The notes under the pieces: generated by a model | The model's input: the letters and a program-made list of their open reading frames with translations, nothing else | Told to the model about the DNA's origin: nothing | Database searches by the model: none | Part shown: positions 26,900-38,887 of the stretch, one piece after another | How the letters are laid out: each line of letters begins with the position of its first letter | How positions within the stretch are numbered: the first letter of the stretch is position 1 | NCBI RefSeq assembly: GCF_006345805.1 | Contig: NC_043000.1 | Coordinates: 122,822,001-122,886,000, forward strand | Origin: Octopus sinensis | Taxonomy: Eukaryota | Length of the DNA stretch: 64,000 nt | Direction of reading: 5' to 3' | Made by a program: the position numbers and the translations under genes

Positions 26900-29800
26900 C
26901 TTTTCCCCTTGAAATTACTGGCCTAACTAAAAAACCACTATTTTTTTGGTTAGTTTTCTGGTAAGATCCTGATATTTCTCAAGTTTTTCAATTTGTTTGT
27001 TATCGACTCTATTATCATCGGGAATGCAAAACATATGATCTTACACTGTTTGTCTATTTTGTCCTCTATAATCATGTTTGGTTTTCTTGCTTCAATAGTA
27101 TGGTCAGTCTTTATGAGGAAGTCCCAAAAAACCCCGTAATTTTCATTATCTATCATAGCCTCAGATTCGTGTTCACACCACTTTTCTGCTGTTTTCGATC
27201 TACATTTAACTAACATCCCAATTCATTTTTTTCCTACATAGTCATACTGCGCTTATACTCCTTTTGAGCTAGTATACCGCACTCACGCAAAAGATGATTG
27301 ATACATCCGTCTCCTTTCCTACAGATTCTACATTTGCCGTTTGACTGAGTTTTGTCGGCCTTTGCTATTTATCAGATTTATTCTAAGGGATTATTCATGA
27401 ACAGTTATAATTTCGGTCTGAAGTCTCAAGTTCCCATTCATCAACCACAGCCGGCGTTCTTTACTTCCAGCATTCTCGGTTTGTTGCATGAATTTGCCAT
27501 GTAATTTCATTTCTTTCCATTTGTTCATTCTGTTGTTCTTTCTTTTCTCTTTCAAATCCCCTGCTGTTCCAGTGACATTTTGGGCTTCTCTGACTGCCGA
27601 AATTATTCTTTCTTTACTCTGCACAACATGCATTTTCAGAGCTAATATCGCAGTACTAACAATGACTTCTGCATTTAGTAATCCTCTGCCACTTTCCTTT
27701 CTTGGGAGGTAGAGTCCATCGGTATAACTTTTAGGGTGATATGATTGTATATTGATAGCAGCTTTCTAGTTCTATCCAAGATCTGTAGCCCGACCTTTTT
27801 TCCATTTCAGAAAGAAAGCAGAATATCTCAGTACTGGCATAGCCCCTGCATTATATGGCTTTAATGATATTCCCTCCACTTTGCTTTGAGCACCTTCCTA
27901 ATTCTCCTCTTGTGCTCCTTAGGGATCTTCTCTCATTATTCCTCCTTTATCTCATCGTCTTAAGTATTTTAATCCCTCAATATTCCACAGCCATCTTTTA
28001 GGGTGGTGTGATTTTACATTGAGTGCAACTTTCCAATATTCCACAGCTATCTAATAATTGTGTACTGTGGTAATTTTATGCTATTAGAACTTACTTTCCG
28101 GCTTCTGCTCATAATTAGCACTGCGCACTTATTTACCGCAAACTACATCCCATTATCTTTACCGAATACTATGACTGTTTGAATAAAAAAATCCAGGCCT
28201 TTATCATTTTTTTATATATATCTTGAAGTCATCCACATAGACCAGGTGATTTATTTTCATCTTGGATTTGGTAAAATCATGCGCAGTCCTGGATTTTCTC
28301 AGTATAACTATCAGAGGGATTAACGCAACGACGAAAAGCAATGGAGAGAGCGAGTATCCATAGAAAATGTCCCTGTATATTTTCACGTTTCCTAGCGATT
28401 CATGTCACTTCTAATTCCCACTTTTATTGCTTTTTCCAAAAAGTTATTTATCATCTCATAGATGCCGTGTGCTCTCAGACACTCCAAGAGCCATCAGTTT
28501 ATGGTATTCTCGTAGGCCTTCCTGTAATCTATCAATTCAACAACTTATTCTTCATTCTTACTTGTACCTATATATAATCAGATCAGCATTTTCCTTTGGT
28601 TTTTTTTCTACATCCCTTTGCACTTCAGGCAATAGATTCTCCTTTTCCAGAAAATTATATAATTCATCTGCTTTGAGGCCAATTAACAATGCCCGAAGTA
28701 ATGGTAACCAAGTAATACGTCTATATTTGACGAATTCCCTTTCCTCTTCTTTTCCTTCTGCATCAGTAGTGTCGTTCATCTTGTGATCTATGTTGGAATT
28801 CCATTTTTAATGCCGTCAGTAAAAAACGGTCCTATATAATCATCTATACTTAGAAGATTTTTTCAGCTAGAAACCCTGGACTCCATCTGGTTCAAGCCTT
28901 TCCAGTTTAGTATTCTCTTGACCATCTCGTTTATTTTCTTATCCATGATTGTTATAAATTTTTGTCTCTCCATTTTTCATTACTCTTTCAAATTCCTGCA
29001 ACCAATCTGCTTTTAAATTATTAGTGAAGGAGCGTGGCCAGATCGGTAGTAAATATGTATATATTAGTAATTCGAGCGGCAAGATTTGATCCGGTCAATT
29101 ATTTTTGCATTGATTACATCGTCTCTACTTGGCGTAAGCCTCTTATTTCATTATTTTATTTCAATAACACTTTGTGACTGGGCATTGATCTGGCTCATCC
29201 AAGTCAGAAATTCCAGTTTTAATACAGAGGTTTTGAGCCATTATTGGCTTTCACTCTATCGGGTTTTGTCTAAGTAATGTGTTTTCCTCTACGTTTTACT
29301 TTAATATATTTTAGAACTATATAATGATTTTGTCTTATGTTCCGGATTAACCCTTTCAGTTGTTTGTCGTTATATAAAGCGTTTCTCTAATGTAGTTAGC
29401 TTCCACTTCATATCCCTTAATGTTTTGTGATATATAAAGAATTATGTTTTATTTTCTTCATATTCTGCTAATGCACGAATCAATAGCCCTTTTGTTACTT
29501 CTAAGTGTTTTAATAGACCTACAGTTGTAATTTTGTAACATTTCTCTCTTTCTATCAATAGTCATCTTCTCTGTACATCTCGTAGGTAAATTCTACTTAC
29601 ACGGTGAATACTGAACTCTCTATTCTAGATTTCATGTCTCAGCTCCACGCCAAACAATTAAAATTGTGAAGCTCTAATTTACAGTTTGGGATGGTTTATG
29701 TGTAATACTTGTTATCTTATTCGTTGCGCTAAGTTCACTGTTTGATATTAGCGAATCTTCTGCATAATTTTTCCTAACTTTCACTAATATTCCTAAACGT

Positions 29801-29900
29801 TATGTTTTATCACTTTCATATGCCCATGAGGATTTGTGTTGTTTGTTCAGATCTAATTCTCTAATTAGATCTTGTCTGTATTTAATTTCATATTCTCAGA
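26900..29900 (-). mobile_element. decayed R4/Dong-clade non-LTR retrotransposon (RT + restriction-like endonuclease)
   Basis: Minus-strand fragments: NWKGLEPDGVQGF, YRRITWLPLLRALLIGLKADELYNFLEKENLLPEVQ, SLSPLLFVVALIPL..INHLVYVDDFKIY, WKEMKLHGKFMQQ..LWLMNGNL, WCEHESEAMIDNENYGVFWDFLIKTDHTIEARKPNMIIEDK; many stops and frameshifts; 5' limit approximate. Confidence 0.85.
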
Positions 29901-30014
29901 TTTAATTAGTCTGCCTCTAATTATTTTGGTGTTAGAGTCTCTGACTTGCCTCATACTCATTTTTATATTCTGACTGAACTGAAATGAAGGAGATCCGTAT
30001 CAACGTATGCTCTC

Positions 30015-30076
<62 letters not shown>

Positions 30077-30215
30077 CACACACTTTCTGTCACTTTCTCT
30101 CTTTTACTTTTGTCATCACTATGATGATGTCAAGTAATACAGAAGTTACTTTGGTAGGGATCGTCCTAAAGGAGTATGAGGTTTGAAAATAGATAAGACT
30201 AATCCAAACCAGTTG

Positions 30216-30420
30216 ATACATCATCATCCTCATTGTTCGACCGTGGTCGAGACAATGGAATTTACCATGCTACGCCAGACTTCACGGTCCATCATAGCAT
30301 TACGGAGGTCCTGTTGCTGGATGTCTGTATCCCTGGAGATTATATCAGGGTAGGAGAGTGTGCGCCCTCTGGTATTGCGAGTAGATGGCTTCCAGAGGAG
30401 AAGAGTAGAAATTGCCTCGT
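30216..30420 (-). mobile_element. RTE-clade LINE 3' end, 5'-truncated
   Basis: ORF tail LLLWKPSTRNTRGRTLSYPDIISRDTDIQQQDLRNAMMDREVWRSMVNSIVSTTVEQ* followed by a (GAT)n tail. Confidence 0.8.
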
Positions 30421-30431
30421 ATGCACACACT

Positions 30432-30487
<56 letters not shown>

Positions 30488-30899
30488 ATATGGCCAACAT
30501 TGAGAGGAGCAGAATAGATGGACCAGTTAATTTGCTTTCAGATGAATATGAACTATTACAAGGTCACTAGTCGAGTTGCAAGTCTCACCAAACTAGAAGA
30601 TACCCCTGAATGGTCAAGGAGGAGTTCTCGGCTACGTATATAATTTCAATCATATATTTACTGCTTAACAGCTTTGCCTTGGTTTTCGACGGGCCAAGTT
30701 GAGGTGTCTGATCAGGCTGGAGCGTCTACTCTTTCTCTTTGTATGGAAGTATTGCTTACCTCTGGTTAAATGGTTCATCCGCTACCAACATATTTCGCAC
30801 GGATAGCTGGGAATAACATACCGAATGCTATGTAGACACACACTAAAGCTGGTCAGTGAGTATTGCGGTCAGGCACGGTTTCACAAATTAGTATCTCGC

Positions 30900-32780
30900 A
30901 AGACGCTCACGGTCAATGATCTACATGGGTGGTCATATGGGTAGACACCCAGCCGACCGTTCGAATTTCTTTTACAAGGCATTTGCTTATAGGTCTATAC
31001 ATAGACAAATTTTCGGAATGTTACCTTTCTCGACCAGATATAAATTGCATCTTGTTCATTCATGAGTATATGAGTTTGCGCTTTCACTTCGGCTTTTAAG
31101 AGTATTGTTAATTCTACAAGCGTTCATTTCCCACACGTATTGAGTTATGCCTAAATTTAAGAGAGTAAATATGTTACATATACTTAGATTTAATGTGGTG
31201 TCAGTGAGCTCTGTATACTTAACCGAAGATGCAATTTTTTATGTCTATGGATGCGCCCTTATGAGATATTTGTCATTATAAAAGCAGAATATGATATTTG
31301 AAAATGCTTTATTATGGTCGTGCTAGAGATTTCTACTTTTACGGTTTCATTTATGACTGAACCCAAACGAACTTTAATATTATAAGTATTTACGGTATTT
31401 ATGAGTTGCGAGGAAATATTTCGTATCAAGTACAGTAAATTGGCTGTGTACTTGGAGACATTAAAATATGATGCCCCCATTCGTAACTGTATTATAAAAT
31501 ATGTTCGTAAACACTGCTCTTTAAATGCTTTAAGAACTGCCAATATAGAAGAGTACGGCTTGACTGAATAGTCCCATGAAGAGGGGGTGCTTATTTATGT
31601 TGCCTACCAAATGTGGTTGCAGGATAATACGACTGGTTTTTGTATACTACATCTTAGCTTCAGTTTCTGTAGAAGTAGTTTTTAAATGAAGTTTGATCAA
31701 ACGTTGTCTATAAGCCAATGATGAACATTTCATAAGTGCTGATGGAGATTCTGCAATTAAAATTCTTAAGTGACCTCACAAGCTACTTCCTAAATTTGCT
31801 GACGTTTTGTTCATTTGTATGTTGAACGGCTGGTAGTCTGCTTTCATATCTAATCCACGCTGAGAGAGTCTGTTCGTTATTTAAAATGTAAAGATATTCC
31901 ATTGTGAAGCCAAAACGTTACTGACCTGGCTCTTTAACTCAGTTTGCGTCACAAAACAAGAGCGATTTCTTGGCGCTCGTTATTAGATTGGCATCCATCT
32001 CTATAACGATAATGACTGTGTTACTGAATGGTAAGGTATTTGAGAGAGATGATAAGGAAATTTTTAGGCAAAGTTCACCGTCGAACTAAATATATTGTAC
32101 ACATTGTTTCGTATGAGACTGAAATGCTTCCATGGTTTATATTTTATTCTCATAAATCCATCTTGTTTCTAATCATTAAAACTATCGAGTTTGGGACCTA
32201 TTTGATAAATGGGCATCTTCATATTAAGTGGAGGTTTATTTAACCACAATTAGGGGTGCCAGTAGTCAGTTGAAACTATACGCGGCTTACGCATGGCTAG
32301 GCACTGTATTTGGTCAACTATTTTTAATTGAAATGATAGTATATTTCATTCATTGATCACGATATAAGTTTTGGAGCTATTCGGGGGTGCTTTTTGTTTG
32401 TTTTTCGCAGTATTTAGCAATCTTGTCTGATAGCAGATTCGAGTGGAGTACAATTACGCTTGCAAATAAAATAGGTGATTTCTTTTGTCAGAAAATATAC
32501 AGAGGCTGTGGGTGTCCCAATAAGAGTACTTATGCGGTGATTTATGATATTTTAGAAGAGACCGGTATGATGTCTGAGTGTACCTTTATTATTAAGTCGA
32601 TTAGGCATGTTTCAGAGTTGTTAATTTCTTCTTAGAGTGGAGATAATTTTTAGGTCCTAGTTGGAAGAATATTTTCTGCATGTATCGGTAGTGTCTCCAA
32701 GGACATAGACCTCCCGCCTGGTTGCGTAATAAAGTATTCACTTTCCTTGGGATAAAGGCATTCATACAGAGATTCTGAGA
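30900..32780 (-). mobile_element. highly decayed Penelope-like retroelement
   Basis: Minus-strand remnants resembling PLE motifs (STLIGTPT, FDGEL, GFTMEY, NTYNIKVRL, GASI..HLRLSIQ); read across frameshifts, so tentative. Confidence 0.4.
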
Positions 32781-32921
32781 CAAAGTATGGTGTTGTTAAT
32801 TGATTAAGTGGGAGGAAGTTACTCAATCTTCACCACTATGTTATCTTTACGTTGAAACTGTTCATACACACACACACACACATATATGATGATATGTATA
32901 TATAAGTACGTATATAATATG

Positions 32922-32998
<77 letters not shown>

Positions 32999-33769
32999 TA
33001 GATATATACATATATATATGTATAAATATATATATATATATCTGTGTGTGTATATATATATGTGCTTATAAATATATATGAATATGCGTATATACATACA
33101 TTAATACACACATACACACAATTCACGTAGACGTATTTCCGACAGAGTTTCAATTTATAGATTTAACTTAATACTGAAGCATAAAATACGACAGGAATCA
33201 ACCTTGATAAAGATATTTCACATTTACTTGATTTGACAGAATTTTATTTCACTTAATCAACTAGAAAATCAGCGAAGTCTAACCTAGCAGCAACTAAATT
33301 CGCTCGGTTGCATATTTTACCCTTAAATTACAAAAACTTCAATTTCATACGTTAACATAAGTCACCTGACATGACTGTATGTCTGCGCTCGCTCGCATGT
33401 GTGTCTGTGTATGAGTGTATGTGTATGTATGTGTGTGCATGCCTGTGTTTGTATATAAGTATATAATGATAAATTGGGTTTGCTCATAGTCTCATGATCT
33501 GCATTCTATGAGGATTTTGTTATTTTACAGATATATTCTCCGGTTCTTTACCTTTTGATTTGAAATACCACGGACGTCAGCTTAGTCTTTCATCATTTTG
33601 AGGTCGATAAAATAAAGTAATAGTCATACACTGGGGTCGATGGTATTGACTTAGAGCTTTCCCTAAAATTGGTGCCCATATATCTAAATCGGAAACCATT
33701 AGGACGTCGAGCTGACAGAATCGTTAGGCTCGGAATTAAACTGTCTTACGGTATTTATTGAGTCCATAA

Positions 33770-34000
33770 GGCGGCGAGCTGGCAGAATCGTTAGCACGCC
33801 GGGCGAAATGCGTAGCCGTATTTCGTCTGTTGTTACGTTCTGAGTTCAAATTCCGCCGAGGTCGACTTTGCCTTTCATCCTTTCGGGGTCTATAAATCAA
33901 ATACCAGTTACGCACTGGGGTCGATATAATCGACTTAATCCGTTTGTCTGTCCTTGTTTGTCCTCTCTGTGTTTAGCCCCTTGTGGGTAGTAAAGAAATA
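33770..34000 (+). mobile_element. SINE family A, full length, TSD gtatttattgagtcc
   Basis: 15-bp TSD at 33751-33765 and 34002-34016. Confidence 0.92.
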
Positions 34001-34384
34001 AGTATTTATTGAGTCCTCATATTCTGAGCTCAAATTTAGCTTCGGCCAGTTCATCCTTTCAGGCTCGATAAGAACAGTATCAAAAATCGGAAGTGTATCC
34101 TATATTTAAAGCAACTGACTTGTCAATAAAGACGGTGCCATGTCACGTTGCCCTCGGCTTTAATAGATTTAAGTTTCATGTGCTCTGTACACATGATCGT
34201 TAATATTATACTGCAAGCGTAGGGTAAATGTTATGAGGCGTCTTGGCAGAGTTGCTTCCGACTGATTTGTCGTTAGCTTGCTTGATATACGACGTTTCGA
34301 TGTTTCTCTCGTTCTCTCTCTCTCTCTCTCTCTCTTTCACCCTCATCCTCTTTTTCTCTCTCATTGCTTATGTATGTGAGCATA

Positions 34385-34388
34385 ATTC

Positions 34389-34419
<31 letters not shown>

Positions 34420-34428
34420 GTCTATCTG

Positions 34429-34464
<36 letters not shown>

Positions 34465-35404
34465 CCTATCTATCTATCTATCTGTCTGTCTTTCTGTTTA
34501 TCTATCTGTCTGTCTGTCTATCTGTCTATCTGTCTGTCTATCTATCTATCTATCTATCTATCTATCAATCTGTGTGTCTGTCTTTCTGTTTATTTATCTA
34601 TCTATCTATATGTCTGTCTATCTATCTGTCTATCTATCTGTCTTTCAATCTACTCACACACACACACACACACAGCTTGCTCCCTCGCTTTCGGCGCGAG
34701 TATTTTTGTGATTTTTAACGTAAATCGTGTTCATTTAATAAATTGCAATGTCTCGCTCTCAATTTCACTGTTTCTATTTATAGGTGAACATTTCTGCGCC
34801 CGTGTGGGCGCCTGTGTGCATTTATGTTTGTTTCCAGTGCCAACCAGTACTATTGCCAAAATGAATTGAATGTCCAATCAGCGTCCAAGCAACTACAACC
34901 AAATATTTCATTCGGTAAGCTGAAAATACTGTTCCTTGGGGTGAAACGATAAGTGTGGGAGTTTACCAGATTGAGACATTACAAAAGGATTTCCTTCAAA
35001 CAGTCCCATTGTCGTTGAACATTTACAGAGAAAACTCAACAAGTTACATTTACCGATACACTTAAACAATTCACAACACCTTTCATCTCGCTTTTACATA
35101 CATCAATTTATCATTAAAACTAAGGTAACAATGTATGAGCGGGACATAAATTAAGAAAGGGTTTCTAAATCAAGGCATAGAAACGCTAAAAGTATCAAAA
35201 ACTCGGTCAGAGAATAAAAAATAATACAAGGAAGAATAGGGTGAAATATGTACCACCGACCTTGTGATTTCTGTGTCGAGCAAGCACTAGACTAAGGATA
35301 AGATGTTAAATTATTTTGAATCGTATAAGCTAAAGATAGACGCTAAATCGCCTCACCACTTCACAAAAATACACGCGCCGAAAGCAAGGGAGCAAGCTAT
35401 GTAT

Positions 35405-35441
<37 letters not shown>

Positions 35442-35530
35442 AGTCGATAGACAGATAGATAGACAGATAGACAGACAGACAGATAGACAGACGGACAGAC
35501 AGACAGACAGACAGATAGACAGATAGATAA
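34385..35530. repeat. inverted repeat (foldback) with microsatellite outer arms and 38-bp unique inner core, 649-bp spacer
   Basis: Left (TATC/TGTC)n-(CA)n-agcttgctccctcgctttcggcgcgagtatttttgtga (core 34674-34711); right tcacaaaaatacacgcgccgaaagcaagggagcaagct (35361-35398)-(TG)n-(GATA/GACA)n; core 36/38 identical. Confidence 0.85.
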
Positions 35531-36073
35531 GTTTCTTTATTGGCCACACAGGGCTGCACACAGATGGGACAAGTTACAAGGTAGAGCTTTTCTTTTGGGG
35601 GAGAAAAAAAAAAGGTGGCGTAGGTTTTCGATCAAAAGGGATCGTAAAAAGAAAAAAAGAAAAAAAAAGAAAAGAAAAAAAAGAAAAAAGGGAAAAGGAA
35701 CAAAAGAAAAGAAAAATGAAAAAGAAGAAAAAAGAGGAAAAAAAGATCAATAGGGATCGTGTATCACAGTGTCATGATGCATGTTGTAAAGGGGGAAGCA
35801 AGTAAGGTTTATGCGTGGGAAGAAAAGCCTACGAAAAAGACCACGGTAAACTTGGTCAATATTGTTATATGTTACCACCTTTGTTTGCAAGTGGGTAACC
35901 CTCTGTTTTCAATTTCTGGGTTCATAGGATTATGCTCAAGGTGGCTTCGTCATTCATACGTGCCATCCTTGCTACATTCACCCATCTTTTTTTAAAACGT
36001 TCGCTAGACAAAACTTGCCTCTCTACTCGCACTTTCCTTTTCAAGTGGTACTTGAAGAAGATAGAAGATTGAC
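35531..36073 (-). mobile_element. Tx1/L1-clade LINE, short 5'-truncated copy 1 inside (GATA/GACA)n
   Basis: Contains ORF2 end (FFKYHLKRKVRVERQVLSSE..ARMARMNDEATLSIIL), U-rich 3' UTR and the end ...tgtggccaataaagaaac; microsatellite on both sides. Confidence 0.88.
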
Positions 36074-36130
<57 letters not shown>

Positions 36131-36131
36131 T

Positions 36132-37401
36132 GTTTCTTTATTAGCCACACAGGGCTGCACACAGATAGAACAAATTACAAGGTAGAGCTTTTCTTTTGAA
36201 GGTTAAAAAAAAAAAAGGAAAAAAAAAGGAAGGGGGAGTTTCGATCAAAAGGGATCGTAAAAGGAGAGAAAGAGGACAAAAAAAAGGGGGGTTAAAAAAA
36301 GGGGGAGAGGAAAAAAAAAAATTTGATCAATAGGGATCGTTATCACAGAAATGTCAATATGAAGTGTAAACGGGAGGACATGTGAGGTTTACCCGTGGAA
36401 AGAAAAGCCTACGGAAAAGACCACGGTAACCTCGGTCAATGGAGTCACATGTTATATTTCTTTTTTTTTTTTGCAAATAAGCAACTGTCTGTTTTCAATT
36501 TCTGGGTTCATAGGATCATGCTCAAGGTGGCTTCGTCATTCATACGTGCCATTCTTGCTACATTCACCCATCTTTTTTTAAAACATTCGCTAGACAAAAC
36601 TTGCCTCTCTACTCTCACTTTCCTTTTCAAGTGGTACTTGAAAAAGTTGATGAGAGATTGACCAGAGAGGAAAGTGTTTGTCTCCAATCCTTTCAGACGC
36701 GTCCACCAGATACATTCTTTCGCCATAGCCACAAGGATGATGATAATAGCTCTTCCTTCCCGTTTGAAGGAGGGAGGCGTGACAATATTAACGATAGACT
36801 CAGCTGATAAACCGACTCGTCCCACACGTGACAGCAGTTGTTCGACACAAGCCCACAGGTCGGAAATTGTTGGACACTGCACGAGTGCGTGCAGAACGGT
36901 TTCGTCGCTCTGACCGCATCTCGGGCAGGTCGGCCCCCTGTTTCTCGAGCCGTGTCTGTAGAGCTTATCCCGAACGGGTAGCGCTTCTCGGTAGCACTGC
37001 CAGGCCAGGGATCTCTGGAAGTTGTCCATGGGCCCTGGCCCGAAAGTCGTCCTGAACAGGCGGGTCAGGTACTCCTCGTCGACGTCCAGGTTCGCCCCGA
37101 GCTCGTCGTCGTACCTCCCCTCCACTAAACCCCTATAGAATGCTTTGGTTGTGTTGAAGTCACTCAAGGTCGACCCAGGACGGCAGAGTTGCTTGAGAGC
37201 AACGCGACACTCGCGGTGCCATTCGCCCTTCTTCGGCCTCTTTTTGATCCACGACTGCAGTTCGGTCATGGAGACGAGCTGCGGGAAAGCGTGCCTCACA
37301 AACGGCGACCACACCTGTTCACCGTCGTCTACATAGAGCCAGAGATGTCGCAGTCTCAGCGCGTGTCTGCGCATCATCAACCACGGCATGCCCAGCCCTC
37401 C
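36132..37401 (-). mobile_element. Tx1/L1-clade LINE, 5'-truncated copy 2 inside (GATA)n
   Basis: Same 3' end as copy 1; perfect GATA tracts at 36075-36130 and 37402-37432; GC-rich against the AT-rich background. Confidence 0.92.
36508..37401 (-). CDS. C-terminal ~297 aa of LINE ORF2 (post-RT region + zf-RVT CCHC knuckle), truncated
   Basis: Starts GGLGMP (end-of-RT motif of the L1/Tx1 clade); contains AWQCYREALPVRDKL..CPRCGQSDETVLHALVQCP..W and ..IWWTR; no stops. The first 13 aa of the tracked ORF come from the microsatellite and flank. Confidence 0.9.
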   Translation of the reverse strand, partial: GGLGMPWLMMRRHALRLRHLWLYVDDGEQVWSPFVRHAFPQLVSMTELQSWIKKRPKKGEWHRECRVALKQLCRPGSTLSDFNTTKAFYRGLVEGRYDDELGANLDVDEEYLTRLFRTTFGPGPMDNFQRSLAWQCYREALPVRDKLYRHGSRNRGPTCPRCGQSDETVLHALVQCPTISDLWACVEQLLSRVGRVGLSAESIVNIVTPPSFKREGRAIIIILVAMAKECIWWTRLKGLETNTFLSGQSLINFFKYHLKRKVRVERQVLSSECFKKRWVNVARMARMNDEATLSMIL

Positions 37402-37402
37402 T

Positions 37403-37434
<32 letters not shown>

Positions 37435-37715
37435 AGGCACGTGGCTTTGTGGTTAGGGCAATCGGCTCACGATCGTAATATCGGCAACGCGTTGTGTCCT
37501 TGAGAAAAACACTTTATTTCACGTTGCTCCAGTCCACTCAGCGGGCAAAAGGCCAGCCTTGTCACACTCTGTATCACGCTGAATCTCCGTGAGAACTATG
37601 TTAAGAGTATACGTGTCAGTAGAGTGCTCAGCCACTTGCACATTAATTTCACGAGCAAGCTTTTCCGTTGATCGTATCAGCTGGGATCCTCGTCGTCATA
37701 ACCGACGGAGTGTTC
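37435..37715 (+). mobile_element. SINE family C
   Basis: ggcacgtggctttgtggttaggg head; cgcgttgtgtccttgagaaaaacactttatttcacgttgctccagtccactcag core. Confidence 0.8.
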
Positions 37716-37998
37716 TTTTACTATGTGTGTGGTGTGGGGGGGGGGTGATATCTTAAACGAAATGTCTTGTGGAAATCTATGTTTAAATTAAATTCATATT
37801 CTAGACTGAATGTGTTATAACTTAAAATAGTGGAATCTATCGACGTCAGCCGTTATATAAAACTCAAATACTGTTTCTCTACGTGTAAAAATCTGTTCGC
37901 TTTAAAGTAGAATGATTTCATCGGATGAGATGATATCGTTCGTCGATTGATGCAATTGTATATTGCCAAACACTACTTTCTGTTCAGTTGGAAAATTA

Positions 37999-38060
<62 letters not shown>

Positions 38061-38124
38061 CGGGCGTCTCGAGCGCAGGTGTAGTTGTGAGTATGTATAT
38101 GTGCGTAAATAGATAGATAGATAA

Positions 38125-38156
<32 letters not shown>

Positions 38157-38161
38157 GTAGG

Positions 38162-38213
<52 letters not shown>

Positions 38214-38649
38214 CTGGTAGATATATTGAATCCATACTACTGACTTTTTTAAGTAAACATGACTGTTTCCTATTATAAATTTCTCTTGTTTTCTCTTGAC
38301 TGTACTACTATAATGCAATTTTCCATTAAACGTAAGACTTCCCAGAAGAGGCACGTTTGTAGAAGCATAAATGTCTGTTTATAGATTTTGCAGAATAATT
38401 ATTAAATATATATATAGAGAGAATATTGTCTGTATACACTTGTAATTCCTGGCTGTATTTCTCACTGCATTGAGTAAATATTCACTTTTCTTTTATCTGC
38501 AAATGAATAAAAAAATATATAACTTCATATATTTATGAATCTTCATATCACTCTTACTTTGTGGTGGAGTTAGAAAAGAATGAAACGCTAAATAAAATTC
38601 TGAAGAAAGAAAGGGATTTCCATCTCATCTATAGGAGTGTTCTCTTACT

Positions 38650-38667
38650 CGTGATGACGTCATCACG
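38650..38667. promoter_or_regulatory. perfect 18-bp palindrome containing a CRE (CGTGATGACGTCATCACG)
   Basis: Palindrome seen directly; ATGACGTCAT is the CREB/ATF consensus; function untested. Confidence 0.45.
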
Positions 38668-38853
38668 TCCTATTTCACAAGAAGCAATCATGGAATGGGA
38701 ATGGCACAAGGTATATCAGTACAATCACACAGAAAGGCAGCACCTCAAAGACGCAGAATTTCTGATTTCTGATATGTGAGTACATATACGATGTGTATAT
38801 ACATATATAAAAAAAATATATTTATATATACACGTATATACATACATATATAA

Positions 38854-38887
<34 letters not shown>

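Noticed and set aside
26900-29900. (TAA)n targeting expected for Dong-type R4 elements
   Set aside because: No TAA array is visible at either end of this decayed copy.
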